64,000 bases of DNA from Rhodothermales bacterium (GCA_017643395.1 JAEPNP010000002.1:38290-102289), one strand, 5' to 3'; positions 47,603 to 57,844 are shown, counted from the stretch's first letter. Translations and numbers: made by a program. The notes: generated by a model not told the origin, from the letters alone.

Positions 47603-48072
47603 CCTGGACCGACGGCATCATTGCGGACTGTCCGGTCGCACCACTGCGCCCGTTTTCCGACGATCGCGGGTGGCTGAGTGAAATTTTCCGCACGGATGAG
47701 GCCGTGGACGGGCACGTTCCGGTCATGGCGTACATCTCGGAGACCCTGCCTGGAGTAGCGCGTGGACCACATGCCCACGAGCACCAGGCGGACCTCTTTG
47801 CCTTCTTTGACGGTCGCTTTCGTGTCTACCTCTGGGACAGCCGGGAGGGCTCCGACTCGTACGGTGTGCGCCAGGTGTTTGAGGCCGGGCGGGAGTTCAT
47901 GTGTACGGTCCGCATCCCTCCGGGTGTGGTGCACGCGTACCGGTGCCTGTCGGACCAGCCTGCCTTGATCCTGAATTGCCCGGATCGACTGTATGCCGGG
48001 GATGGCAAGAATCACCCGGTGGACGAGATCCGGTACGAAGACATGGCCGATTCGCCCTACACCATGGATTGA
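47599..48072 (+). CDS. dTDP-4-dehydrorhamnose 3,5-epimerase-like cupin
   Basis: 157 aa. FSDDRGWLSEIFR and PPGVVHAY resemble RmlC-type cupins. It overlaps both neighbouring genes by 1-4 nt. Confidence 0.6.
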   Translation: MTWTDGIIADCPVAPLRPFSDDRGWLSEIFRTDEAVDGHVPVMAYISETLPGVARGPHAHEHQADLFAFFDGRFRVYLWDSREGSDSYGVRQVFEAGREFMCTVRIPPGVVHAYRCLSDQPALILNCPDRLYAGDGKNHPVDEIRYEDMADSPYTMD

Positions 48073-48746
48073 TGGTCCTGCTGTTCGACATCGACGGCAC
48101 GCTGCTCATGGCGCCCAAGCTGGGTCGCGTGCACTTCGAGAGCGCGATGCAGGCACAATGCGGCGCGGAACTCTCTACCGAAGGAGTGCGGTTTGCCGGG
48201 CGCACCGATCGCTCGCTGGCGCGCGAACTACTTGGGATGGCGGGTATCGCGGAGCCTGACCATGTCATGGATCGTGTGCTGGAGGACTATGCGGCCCGGT
48301 TTGAGGCTGCCATCCGACCGCAGGATGTCGAGGTGTTGCCTGGGGTACGCGCCCTGCTGGATCGTCTGGGCGGCCATGACCACCTGAGTCTCGGCCTTCT
48401 GACCGGCAACGTGGAGCGTACTGGCTGGGCCAAGCTGCGTGCGGCGGATCTGCACGGCCGTTTCGGCTTCGGCGCATTCGGCAGCGACCACGAGGACCGT
48501 AACGAGCTTCCCCGCTTTGCCCGGGATCGAGCTGCGCGAAGCCTCGGACGGGACGTGACGTTCGGGGAACTCGTCGTCATTGGCGACACGGCACACGACG
48601 TCGCCTGCGGAAAAGCCGTTGGAGCCGTGACGGTAGGCGTGTGTACCGGCTACGTATCGCGGCAGTCCCTGGTCGAAGCAGGCCCCGACCTGCTCCTGGA
48701 AGACTTCACCCGTCCGGACACCCTGCTGGACTTGGTGGGGGCCTGA
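48072..48746 (+). CDS. HAD-superfamily hydrolase (phosphoglycolate-phosphatase-like)
   Basis: The start was placed at MVLLFDIDGTLL (DxDGT motif I), overlapping the upstream stop (TGATG). A later VVIGDTAHDV matches motif IV. Confidence 0.8.
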   Translation: MVLLFDIDGTLLMAPKLGRVHFESAMQAQCGAELSTEGVRFAGRTDRSLARELLGMAGIAEPDHVMDRVLEDYAARFEAAIRPQDVEVLPGVRALLDRLGGHDHLSLGLLTGNVERTGWAKLRAADLHGRFGFGAFGSDHEDRNELPRFARDRAARSLGRDVTFGELVVIGDTAHDVACGKAVGAVTVGVCTGYVSRQSLVEAGPDLLLEDFTRPDTLLDLVGA

Positions 48747-48792
48747 GCACCTGCGTATATACCGGGCTCCCGTAGCCGGTAAATCGACGCTG

Positions 48793-51474
48793 ATGACTCG
48801 CCTCCTCTGTCTGCTCGCACTGCTCCTCTTCCTCGCTCCTGCACAGGCCCAGGAGATCACCAGCCCCGAAGACGAGTTCGGCTTCCGATTGGGCGCCGAC
48901 TACAGTCTGGCGAACTACCAGCAGATGTATGCCTGGTGGCAGAAACTGGCGGCGGCCTCGGATCGCATGACCGTGCAGGATATCGGCACCACGGAGGAGG
49001 GCCGGCCCCAGGTCATGGCGATCGTGACAAGTCCGGAGAATCACCGCAATCTGGATGGCTACCAGGACATCGCCCGACAACTCGCGCTGGCCGAGGAGCT
49101 GACGGACGAGTCGGCGCGCTTCATGGCCGAAGCGGGCAAAGCCGTCGTCTGGATCGACGGCGGACTTCATGCAAGCGAACTCCTGGGTGCCCAGCAGCTC
49201 ATGGAAACGGTCTACCAGCTCATCACGCGCAATGATGATGAAACACTGCGCATTCTGAATGATGTCGTGATTCTGGCCGTGCACGCCAACCCGGACGGCC
49301 ATGATCTGCTGGCCGATTGGTACATGCGCGAAGAGGACCCGGAGCGGCGGTCCTCCAGCCGGGTGCCTCGCCTGTATCAGAAGTATGTGGGACACGACAA
49401 CAACCGCGACTTCTACATGTCGACGCAGGCGGAATCCATCAACATGAACCGGATCCTGTACCGGGAGTGGTTTCCGCAGATCGTGTACAACCACCACCAG
49501 ACCGGCCCGGCCGGCACGGTGATGTTCGCGCCGCCGTTCCGGGACCCCTTCAACTACAACTACCACCCGCTCATCCCGCTGAGCATCGAGGCGGTGGGCA
49601 CGGCCATGCACAGCCGGTTCGTGCGCGAGGGCATGGGCGGCACCACCATGCGCTCGGGCGCCAGCTATTCGACGTGGTGGAACGGTGGACTGCGCACGAC
49701 CCCCTACTTCCACAACCAGATCGGGCTGCTGACGGAGACCATCGGCCACCCGACACCGATGCGCATTCCGCTCATCCTGCGCCGGCAGCTGCCCAAGAAC
49801 GACATCCCGATGCCGATTGAGCCGCAGGTGTGGCACTTCCGGCAATCGGTGGACTACTCGGTGACGGCCAACTACGCCGTGCTGAACTACGCGTCGCGCA
49901 ACCGCGTCGACCTGCTGTACAACATCTATGTCATGGGGCGGGACAACATCGCCAAGGGGCAGACCGATACGTGGCGCACCGACCCGAGCATCATTGCCGC
50001 GGCTAGCCAGGCAGCGCGCGATGCGGGCTCAAACCCCTCGGGGCGCCTTTCAGACGACATTTTTGAGTCTGCTTTCCGCGATCCGGAGTCGCGCGACCCT
50101 CGGGGCTACATCATTCCCCTGGACCAGCCGGACTTCCCGACCGCGACCAAGTTTGTCAACACGCTGATCAAGAATGGCGTGGCCGTGCACCGCGCCACCA
50201 TGGACTTCGAGGTGGACGGCAAGGCCTACGATGCCGGCTCTTTTGTCGTGATGACCGGGCAGGCATTCCGGCCGTTCGTGCTGGACATGTTCGAGCCCCA
50301 GCGTCACCCGAACGATTTCGCCTATCCGGGGGGGCCACCGATCTCCCCGTACGACAATACCGGTTGGACGGTGGCGTACCAGATGGGCGTACATGTGGAT
50401 CGGGTCCTGGACGGATTCGATGGGCCCTTTGCCCGCGTCGAGGGTTTCGCCGAAGCCGGAACCGGGTCGGTCGCCTCCGGACGTGCACGAGGTTACACGT
50501 TCCCCGCCGAGAACAACGACTCGTTTGTGGCCATGAACCGGCTACTGGATGCCGGGCATGACGTCTTCCGTCTGCCGTCGTCAGGTGGCGACTTCCATGT
50601 GACGGGCGCTTCCCGCGCGGAACTGCAGGAGTTGGCCGCCGAGCTTGGTATAGCGTTCAGCGCGGCCGCGCGTCGACCGGCTGATGCCGTGGCGATGCGC
50701 CGGGCACGAGTAGGCCTCTGGGACCGCTATGGCGGCTCCATGCCCAGTGGGTGGGCCCGGTGGATTCTGGAGCAGTTCGAGTTCGATTTCGAGGTCGTCT
50801 TCCCGAAACAGCTCGACGCCGGCAATCTGGCTGAGGATTTCGACGTCCTGGTGTTCGTCAACGGGGCCATCCCGGCTCCGGGCGGCCGATCATTCGGCTA
50901 CACGGACGGCACCGGCATTCCGGAGGAATACCACGACCGTCTGGGCATGATTACGCCGGACAATACCGTGCCCGCGCTGCGGGCCTTCCTCGAAGCCGGC
51001 GGCAGCATCGTCACCATCGGCCATTCCACGGGGCTGCAGGGCCACCTCGAACTCGGCCTGGAAAACTACCTCGTGGACCACGAGGGCGTGGCGCTGGAGC
51101 GCGAGTCCTACTTCGTGCCCGGCTCGATTGTGCGCGTGCAGCTGGACAATTCGCAGCCCGTAGCCTGGGGCCTGCCCTCGGAGCTGGATGTGCACTTCAA
51201 CAACAGCCCGGTCTTTTCTCCGAGCGATGCGGTCACGCCGCTTGCCTGGTTCGACTCACGGGAACCGCTACGCAGTGGCTGGGCCTGGGGCCAGCACTAC
51301 CTTATGGGCGGCGTGACGATGGCGCAGGCGCAGGTCGGCGACGGCACGCTGTATCTGTTTGGCCCGGAGGTGATTAGGCGCGGACAGCCGCACGGCACTT
51401 TCAAGCTGCTCTTCAACGCCATCAGCCTGGCCGGAACGCCTGCCAGGCTGACTGAAGTGAGTTCGGACGACTAG
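48793..51474 (+). CDS. Secreted M14-family zinc carboxypeptidase-like protein with a large C-terminal extension
   Basis: 893 aa with signal peptide (LLCLLALLLFLAPAQAQ). GGLHASELLG carries the HxxE zinc ligands, and HANPDGHD and YVGHDNNRDF are also present. Confidence 0.75.
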   Translation: MTRLLCLLALLLFLAPAQAQEITSPEDEFGFRLGADYSLANYQQMYAWWQKLAAASDRMTVQDIGTTEEGRPQVMAIVTSPENHRNLDGYQDIARQLALAEELTDESARFMAEAGKAVVWIDGGLHASELLGAQQLMETVYQLITRNDDETLRILNDVVILAVHANPDGHDLLADWYMREEDPERRSSSRVPRLYQKYVGHDNNRDFYMSTQAESINMNRILYREWFPQIVYNHHQTGPAGTVMFAPPFRDPFNYNYHPLIPLSIEAVGTAMHSRFVREGMGGTTMRSGASYSTWWNGGLRTTPYFHNQIGLLTETIGHPTPMRIPLILRRQLPKNDIPMPIEPQVWHFRQSVDYSVTANYAVLNYASRNRVDLLYNIYVMGRDNIAKGQTDTWRTDPSIIAAASQAARDAGSNPSGRLSDDIFESAFRDPESRDPRGYIIPLDQPDFPTATKFVNTLIKNGVAVHRATMDFEVDGKAYDAGSFVVMTGQAFRPFVLDMFEPQRHPNDFAYPGGPPISPYDNTGWTVAYQMGVHVDRVLDGFDGPFARVEGFAEAGTGSVASGRARGYTFPAENNDSFVAMNRLLDAGHDVFRLPSSGGDFHVTGASRAELQELAAELGIAFSAAARRPADAVAMRRARVGLWDRYGGSMPSGWARWILEQFEFDFEVVFPKQLDAGNLAEDFDVLVFVNGAIPAPGGRSFGYTDGTGIPEEYHDRLGMITPDNTVPALRAFLEAGGSIVTIGHSTGLQGHLELGLENYLVDHEGVALERESYFVPGSIVRVQLDNSQPVAWGLPSELDVHFNNSPVFSPSDAVTPLAWFDSREPLRSGWAWGQHYLMGGVTMAQAQVGDGTLYLFGPEVIRRGQPHGTFKLLFNAISLAGTPARLTEVSSDD

Positions 51475-51568
51475 GGGGCGCATCTGCCAGCATGCAAACG
51501 TCCTTCACGCCCACTGCGCTCCACATTGAGCCGTCGACGAAATAGACCGCCCGAGGAATCGTCGGAAG

Positions 51569-51723
51569 TTGAATACCGGGGCCTTGTTCAACCTATTGGG
51601 CCCGAAGATGCTGCAAAAGGTTCCATTTCGGGGCCTTTTGAACCTATTGGGCCCGCAAAAGCCGCAAAAGGTTCCATTTCGGGGGCCTTTTGAACCTATT
51701 CGGCCCGCAAAAGCCGCGAAAGG
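51569..51723. repeat. Tandem repeat, 3 units of 51-52 bp
   Basis: The units start at 51569, 51621 and 51672. Units 2 and 3 read TTCCATTTCGGGGCCTTTTGAACCTATTGGGCCCGCAAAAGCCGCAAAAGG, and unit 1 is more diverged. The array lies in the convergent intergenic region between the M14 gene and the fructosamine-kinase gene. Confidence 0.9.
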
Positions 51724-52587
51724 TTACCGCCCTCCTATCTCCCGAAGCGAGGCCTCCACCGACCCCTGATACCCACCGCCAAACAGGTTCAGGTGATTCA
51801 GCAGGTGGTACAGGTTATATGCGAGGTGCCGCTCTTCCCGATTCGGGGGCGGTCCGCCCGCTGCGTCGTCGTAGGCCGCAAGCCACCTGGCGTCGAACCC
51901 GCCAAAAAGCCGGGTCATCGCCACATCCGCCTCGGGATCGCCGAAGTAGACCGCTGGATCGATCAGAACCGGCCTTCCGTGCTGACTGAACATGACATTG
52001 CCGGACCAGAGGTCCCCATGCAGAAGGCGACCGCGCGCCAGATCGGGCAGTATGCGGGCGATGCGGTCTACAGCTCTCTCCAGCGCTCCGTCAAGCCGCG
52101 CCGGCCATCGCCCGATTGATCGGGCCAATGCTACCTGGGGCAGTATGCGCCGCTTCAGAAAGAACTCCGGCCAATCGGCCATCCAGCCGTTTTCCTGTTC
52201 CGAGGCCCCGATGTAGTTGTCTTCCTTCAGGCCAAACCGCTGCACCGCGTGGCTGTGCAATTCGGCCATTCCGATACCGAAACGATTCCAGGCTGCCGCG
52301 TCCGGCCGGCCAGTCTCGATCCACGGCAGGACAAGCACAGCTTCAGGTGCCTCGATAAGCGCAAGCGGCTCCGGCACGACCAGGGAGGTCCCGGCGGCGC
52401 TCAGTTCGCGAAGCCCGGCAGCCTCCGCAATCAATGCCCGCGCCACATCGCCCGTGCCCCGCTTCACGAATACCGCCCCGCCAGAGGTCTCGACTCGGGA
52501 CGCGTGCGCAATGCAGCCGCCGCCCACCGGCTCCGCCCGAAGCACGGTCACTCCCAGGGCGCCTTCAACGGCCTCACGCCAGCCCAC
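51724..52587 (-). CDS. Fructosamine/ketosamine-3-kinase family protein
   Basis: 287 aa with LLHGDLWSGNV and the aminoglycoside-phosphotransferase-like fold pattern. Its GTG start overlaps the upstream stop by 1 nt. Confidence 0.85.
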   Translation of the reverse strand: MGWREAVEGALGVTVLRAEPVGGGCIAHASRVETSGGAVFVKRGTGDVARALIAEAAGLRELSAAGTSLVVPEPLALIEAPEAVLVLPWIETGRPDAAAWNRFGIGMAELHSHAVQRFGLKEDNYIGASEQENGWMADWPEFFLKRRILPQVALARSIGRWPARLDGALERAVDRIARILPDLARGRLLHGDLWSGNVMFSQHGRPVLIDPAVYFGDPEADVAMTRLFGGFDARWLAAYDDAAGGPPPNREERHLAYNLYHLLNHLNLFGGGYQGSVEASLREIGGR

Positions 52588-53075
52588 TAGAGGTCGTAGT
52601 GCGCCCTCAGGGACTTCAGGAGGGCAGCGCAGGTCCGGTCGACAATCTGGTAGACGCGCTCAAAGCCTTCCGGGCCGCCGTAGTAGGGATCCGGCACCTG
52701 ATGGTCTTCCGGCTCGGGGTCGAATTCGCGGAAGAGGCGCACCTTGTCCCCGAATCGGTCCTTGCGGTCCAGAAAGAGCACATCGTGCAAATTGCTGCGA
52801 TCCATCACCAGAATGTGGTCCCACTCCTGGAAATCGTCATACTCGAACTGGCGGCCCCGGCTGGTCAGGAGTACGCCGTGGCCCTTGGCCGTCTGACGCA
52901 TGCGCCGGTCCGCAGGCTCGCCGACATGCCAGCTTCCCGTACCCGCCGAGTCGATCCGGAACTGCTCCTCGAGCCCCGCTTCCCGCACGTGATGCTGGAA
53001 TACGCCCTCCGCGAGCGGCGAGCGACAGATGTTACCCAGGCAGACGAACAGGACGCCGATTTTCGGGTCGCTCAT
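52587..53075 (-). CDS. Low-molecular-weight protein-tyrosine phosphatase
   Basis: 162 aa. VLFVCLGNICRSPLAEG carries the CX5R(S) P-loop, and DPYYG carries the Asp loop. Confidence 0.9.
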   Translation of the reverse strand: MSDPKIGVLFVCLGNICRSPLAEGVFQHHVREAGLEEQFRIDSAGTGSWHVGEPADRRMRQTAKGHGVLLTSRGRQFEYDDFQEWDHILVMDRSNLHDVLFLDRKDRFGDKVRLFREFDPEPEDHQVPDPYYGGPEGFERVYQIVDRTCAALLKSLRAHYDL

Positions 53076-54577
53076 GCGTCAGGCGGCACGTTGGCCAGCG
53101 TGCGCCGAGCCAGCCACTTGTTCAGCGCCACGAATACCCCGATGACGAGCGCCCACTGCACCACGATGGTCATGACGGAGAACGGATCGAACGGGTCGTA
53201 CCAGGTATCCGGGGCATAAACCCTGGCCGAAAGGTAGAACCACCACACCAGCAGCACGATGGCGAGCGTCGGCACCACCTTGCCGATGATGAAGTCCCAG
53301 ATGGGGCCGGCTTTCCAGTCTCCTTCGACGGAGTCCACGATTTCCGTGCGGAAGCGCGGCAGACCGTAGCGGATGACGGCAAACGCCACAAACGCGCCGC
53401 ATAGCATCAGCCCAACGCCCCACACAAAGTCCTGATTCGCGAAGATGTTGAGGTTGATCGCGCTGGGAATGCCCATCACGAACCCGATGATGCAGATGCC
53501 GCCGACCGCCTGTTTGCGGGCCACACCAGCGTCGACCACGATGCGTGTGGCGAGCTCGATCATCGAAATCAGGCTCGAAAACGCCGCGAACGACAGGCCC
53601 AGGAAGAACAGGCTGGCCAGTACCCGCCCGAAGCCCATCTGCGCGAAGAGCTGGGGCATCCACTGAAAGGTCAGGCCGGTCGAGGCTGGGCCACTGGTCT
53701 GCATGACCGTCAGGATCTCCCCCTGCTGCATCTCGCGACCGAGGATCGCGAACACGGTGCCAAAGATCACGATCGCCGAGAGCAGGGAGACCATGTTGTT
53801 TCCCACACCCGTGATGAACGCGTTCTTGACCGCCCCGTGTCGCGCCTGCATGTACACCGCGTAGCTCAGAATCAGTCCCCAGCCGGCCCCGGTATCCCAG
53901 GCATTCTGCGTCAGAGCCTCCAGCCACAGGCGCGGGTTGGACAGCGTATCCCATGACGGCGTGAAGAGGAATCTGACGCCGTCCCAGGCCCCCTCAAGTG
54001 TGAGTGTGCGCACCACGGCCACCAGCACGATGGCCAGCAGCGCGGGAATCAGAAACCGGTTGGCGCGCTCAATGGCGCTGACGCCCTTGAGGACGACAAT
54101 CGCGCCAACGCCCATCGCAATGGCGTGAAAGCCAACGGGCCCAAGTCCACCCTGGAAGTTGTCCCAGACCATGGACGCCGACTCCGCACTCAGCGGCAGC
54201 GGCGCGGTCAGCGTCTGAATGAAGTAATAGATGCACCACCCAGCTACTACGCTATAGTAGAACATGATGGCTGTCGCTACGAATCCTACATAACCACCCA
54301 TCCAGGTGTACTTCTCCCCGGCCATGCGGGTGAACGCACCGATCACGCCCATGCGCCCTTTCTTGCCGAGCGCATACTCTGCGATGATGAGCGGCACACT
54401 CCAGACGAACAGAAACAGCAGCCAGACCAGCAGGAAGGCCCCTGCCCCATCGTCCCCGGCGTTCTGGGCGGCGATTCGCGGGAAGCGCCAGATGTTGCCG
54501 GTTCCTACGGCGATACCGAGCACACTGAGCAGAAGGCCCAGCCGGCTGGAAAACTGCTGATTCTGCGAATCGGCCAT
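53072..54577 (-). CDS. Sodium-dependent transporter of the SNF (neurotransmitter:sodium symporter) family
   Basis: 501 aa and polytopic. SRLGLLLSVLGIAVGTGNIWRFP is the family hallmark. Confidence 0.9.
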   Translation of the reverse strand: MADSQNQQFSSRLGLLLSVLGIAVGTGNIWRFPRIAAQNAGDDGAGAFLLVWLLFLFVWSVPLIIAEYALGKKGRMGVIGAFTRMAGEKYTWMGGYVGFVATAIMFYYSVVAGWCIYYFIQTLTAPLPLSAESASMVWDNFQGGLGPVGFHAIAMGVGAIVVLKGVSAIERANRFLIPALLAIVLVAVVRTLTLEGAWDGVRFLFTPSWDTLSNPRLWLEALTQNAWDTGAGWGLILSYAVYMQARHGAVKNAFITGVGNNMVSLLSAIVIFGTVFAILGREMQQGEILTVMQTSGPASTGLTFQWMPQLFAQMGFGRVLASLFFLGLSFAAFSSLISMIELATRIVVDAGVARKQAVGGICIIGFVMGIPSAINLNIFANQDFVWGVGLMLCGAFVAFAVIRYGLPRFRTEIVDSVEGDWKAGPIWDFIIGKVVPTLAIVLLVWWFYLSARVYAPDTWYDPFDPFSVMTIVVQWALVIGVFVALNKWLARRTLANVPPDA

Positions 54578-54580
54578 GGG

Positions 54581-57004
54581 TCAGGGATTGATGGTCAAAC
54601 GAGCGAGGGGGGTGTCGAGGTCGTCCGGCGCCTCAGGGGTGTGCAGATCATACCGCCGAAACTCTACAAAATCCTGCAGGAAGCCATCATAGCGGTCGCT
54701 GAAGGGGTTTCCGCTTTGACCGCCCGGGTAAATGCCCGTGGCGACAATGCGCGGCCCCTGGAAATCCAGGACGACCCGCCACGAGGCGGAATGGGTAACT
54801 CGCCGACCAGCCCCGGGCGAGAGCGTTTCGGAGAAACCGGGATACGGGAGTGGGCCGCGCCAGAGCGGACGCAGCGCCGCGGAGCCGGTAATGTGGCGTA
54901 CCAGGAGGCCGTGCACCTCTCCCCATGTCGGACCGGTCAGATCCATTGAATCAGCTGCGGCCTGCAGGGACGCTCGCAACAGTCCGGCGGCGTCCTCCAC
55001 TTCGTCCGTTTCCACCACATCCAGCCAGGGCGAGTTCGGCTGCTGCGCCAGCAACTCATACAACCGTGCACGGCGTGGGCGCTGAATACGGAAGGGCTCC
55101 TCGTCCCAGGCCAGTCGATGCAGCAGCCCATCCCATACGCTGAACAGCACCGGCTCGCGCAGGTCGACATGCGTGTCGCCGTCCCAGGCCACCAGCACGT
55201 CCCGCAACGCGGCCGCTTCGGGAGACAACCCGGCCAAATCGGCCAGCAGTGGACGGTAGAGATCCATCTGGGCCGCATGGACGTCCGCCTGATAGGAGCC
55301 GACCTCCCCCACATCATGGGTGTCCCGCGAGGACAGTAGCTGATTGATCCGTCGGGACCGGAATACCGGCTGCCAGTTGCGCCCCAGGTAATGCGGATAA
55401 TCCAGCGGAGCCGGACGCTGGTTGGTGGACGTCAGAAAACCCCGATCCGGATTGATGGCATGAGGCAACTCGTCAAACGGCACGCGACCAATCCACTCCG
55501 AAGCGGCTGAGCCGCCATCGCGCACCCCGTATCCCGACCAGTCTGCGCGAATCGGCAGGTAGCCCGTGCTGCGGATTGCCACCGTATCCCGCGTTCCGAC
55601 CAGGATGTTCTGCATGGGTACGTCCCACACCCGCAGCGCATCCTCGAACTCCTGATAGGTGCGCGCATGGTTCATGCGCCAGATGGCTTCGAACGTGCGG
55701 ATGCGCGAGTGCCCCGTCCATTTCGTTGCAATGACCGCATCGCCCGCCGTGGAAAGCGGTCCCCAATGACTCCACCTGGTGGTATGGGCGATGGGCTCTG
55801 CGCCATGCACACGGATGGTGTCGGTGACCATCTCCAGGGCACGCCAGTCCCCTTCATACCGATAGTGAGTCCCCTCCTCATTGAGGTCCAGCCGGAGATG
55901 GTCAATCTGATCCGAGCCGGTGTTCGTAAATGCCCATCCGACGTGCTTGTTGAAGGCCTCGATGGGAATGGGCACACCCGGCACGGTCACGCCGTACGTA
56001 TCCATCTCCGGAGTGACCAGGTGGACCTCGTACCAGATGGCCGGCAGGTTCAGGCCGAGGTGCATGTCGCCGGCTACGATCGGCGCTCCGGTTGCACTTC
56101 GCTCCCCAAAGACCGCCCAGTTGTTGGACCCTTTGCCGTCCAGGTAGCCCTCCAGTGCGGGAATCCCCGACACCCCGTCCCGTTGAGTCTCAGCAGGCGC
56201 CGGCCCGGGCACCGCGGCCAAGCCGCTACCGGGCATGTCTGCCGCCGCGAAGCGCGGCGTCCAGTGCCGGTCCTCATCACGGATGATTGGCACGGAAAGC
56301 GGTTCGTCCTCGCGAAACAGCTGATCGAACGCTCCCGGGGGCAGCGCCTCGCGCAGGCGCTCCGCATTCAGGGCTCCCTCCCGCTGATAGGTGAGGTCAA
56401 ACATCAGATTCCAGCCCACGAGAAACGCGTCCTCAGGGCGCCACGCCTCCGGTCGATACCCGAGGAGGCGGAATTCCAGTGGCAGGAGCGCATCGTCCAG
56501 CTGGTCCAGGTATGTGTTCACGCCCTGCGAGAACCAGGTGGCCGCCTGCAGGTCAATCCGGTCTTCAGCGCGCATGGCGTCCACGTTCTCGGCAACGGCG
56601 CGTGCCATACCGGTATCCCGCAGGAAGCGGTCGGTGTCCACCAGATCGGGTCCCAGCACCTCAGCCAGCCGACCGGCCGTTACCCGCCGCAGGAAGTCCA
56701 TCTGGAACAGCCGGTCATGCGCGACCACGTAACCGAACGCCCGGATCGCGTCCGCATTTGACTCCGCGAAGATGTGGGGTACGCCGCGCTCGTCCCAGGC
56801 TACCTCCACGGATCGCTCCAGGTCCGGAAGATCCAGGGTGCCGTCCGGCAGACTTTCCGCGCTGCGCGCAAGCGCCCAAATGCCGTCAACTGGATCAGCC
56901 AGATCTGCAAGGGCAAGCCCGCCGCTCAGCGGCGTTGTGAAACCGACCACCAGTCCTGCGCTCAGAATTGCCGCCGCTACGGCATGCATCCAGGGCCGCT
57001 TCAA
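54581..57004 (-). CDS. Penicillin-acylase-family Ntn hydrolase (S45), periplasmic
   Basis: 807 aa with a signal peptide. GKGSNNWAVFGERSATGAPIVAGDMHL contains the SNNW nucleophile motif. The substrate (beta-lactam, acyl-homoserine lactone or other) cannot be read from the sequence. Confidence 0.85.
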   Translation of the reverse strand: MKRPWMHAVAAAILSAGLVVGFTTPLSGGLALADLADPVDGIWALARSAESLPDGTLDLPDLERSVEVAWDERGVPHIFAESNADAIRAFGYVVAHDRLFQMDFLRRVTAGRLAEVLGPDLVDTDRFLRDTGMARAVAENVDAMRAEDRIDLQAATWFSQGVNTYLDQLDDALLPLEFRLLGYRPEAWRPEDAFLVGWNLMFDLTYQREGALNAERLREALPPGAFDQLFREDEPLSVPIIRDEDRHWTPRFAAADMPGSGLAAVPGPAPAETQRDGVSGIPALEGYLDGKGSNNWAVFGERSATGAPIVAGDMHLGLNLPAIWYEVHLVTPEMDTYGVTVPGVPIPIEAFNKHVGWAFTNTGSDQIDHLRLDLNEEGTHYRYEGDWRALEMVTDTIRVHGAEPIAHTTRWSHWGPLSTAGDAVIATKWTGHSRIRTFEAIWRMNHARTYQEFEDALRVWDVPMQNILVGTRDTVAIRSTGYLPIRADWSGYGVRDGGSAASEWIGRVPFDELPHAINPDRGFLTSTNQRPAPLDYPHYLGRNWQPVFRSRRINQLLSSRDTHDVGEVGSYQADVHAAQMDLYRPLLADLAGLSPEAAALRDVLVAWDGDTHVDLREPVLFSVWDGLLHRLAWDEEPFRIQRPRRARLYELLAQQPNSPWLDVVETDEVEDAAGLLRASLQAAADSMDLTGPTWGEVHGLLVRHITGSAALRPLWRGPLPYPGFSETLSPGAGRRVTHSASWRVVLDFQGPRIVATGIYPGGQSGNPFSDRYDGFLQDFVEFRRYDLHTPEAPDDLDTPLARLTINP

Positions 57005-57789
57005 GGAGCTACCGCTTCCTCGAGCGTCGCTGGTGCCATGCGACCGCTCAGTTCGTCGACGACGGCCGCGTAGTCCATCGCCCCCCGGCCCCGCGGGTCA
57101 AAGTCGAACGCCGTCTGGCCGTCGTGGCGGGTTGTGGACAGCGAGGCGCTGGTGCGCACGCGCGCCTGAAGCACGGCCTCCCCGTACTTCTCACGGAGAT
57201 AGGCCTCGTAGGCGGCGTGATTTCGCTTTCGCGCGTCGACCATGGTGAGCAAGAACAGCGTGCTTTCCAGGTCGGGATTGAGTTTGCGCCCTACCGTCAC
57301 AGCGGTCTGGTACGTCTGCTCGGCACCCACCACGGGCTGATACTCGGGCAGCACCGGCACCAACACGTACCGGGAGGCTGCCAACGCGTTGAGCGTGAAC
57401 ACCGTCAGGGCTGCCGCGGTATCGAAGATGACGTAGTCCCAGTCATCCAGCCCCTGCACAAACTCCCGCGCCCACAGCACGTCGATGGAACGGGTCAGCC
57501 GCCGCAGGTCGGTCGAAAGACGCGTAGAGGCCGGGAGCAGACTGAAACTGCCCGTCTCGACGACTGAAGACTCATCCAGCTCGGCACTCTCCTGAAACAT
57601 GATGCACGAAGACCGCTCAGGAAGCGGCTCAGGCACCCCCATCATGCGAGTCAGAAACCCCTGAGGATCCAGATCCACCACCAAGACGCGGTGCCCACTC
57701 ATGCCCAGCGCCGCCGCCAGCATCATGGTTGAGGTAGTCTTTCCTGTCCCGCCCTTGTGATTACAAACCGTGATCGGGATCATCGGCAC
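57001..57789 (-). CDS. ParA/MinD-type P-loop ATPase (orphan, no ParB nearby)
   Basis: 262 aa with the deviant Walker A NHKGGTGKTTS and the DLDPQG motif. Its stop overlaps the acylase ATG by 4 nt. Confidence 0.85.
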   Translation of the reverse strand: MPMIPITVCNHKGGTGKTTSTMMLAAALGMSGHRVLVVDLDPQGFLTRMMGVPEPLPERSSCIMFQESAELDESSVVETGSFSLLPASTRLSTDLRRLTRSIDVLWAREFVQGLDDWDYVIFDTAAALTVFTLNALAASRYVLVPVLPEYQPVVGAEQTYQTAVTVGRKLNPDLESTLFLLTMVDARKRNHAAYEAYLREKYGEAVLQARVRTSASLSTTRHDGQTAFDFDPRGRGAMDYAAVVDELSGRMAPATLEEAVAP

Positions 57790-57844
57790 CGGCCGTTAGC
57801 GAAACACGAATCTAGACCGCCCCCCGGACCTCAGTCAACCGCCC

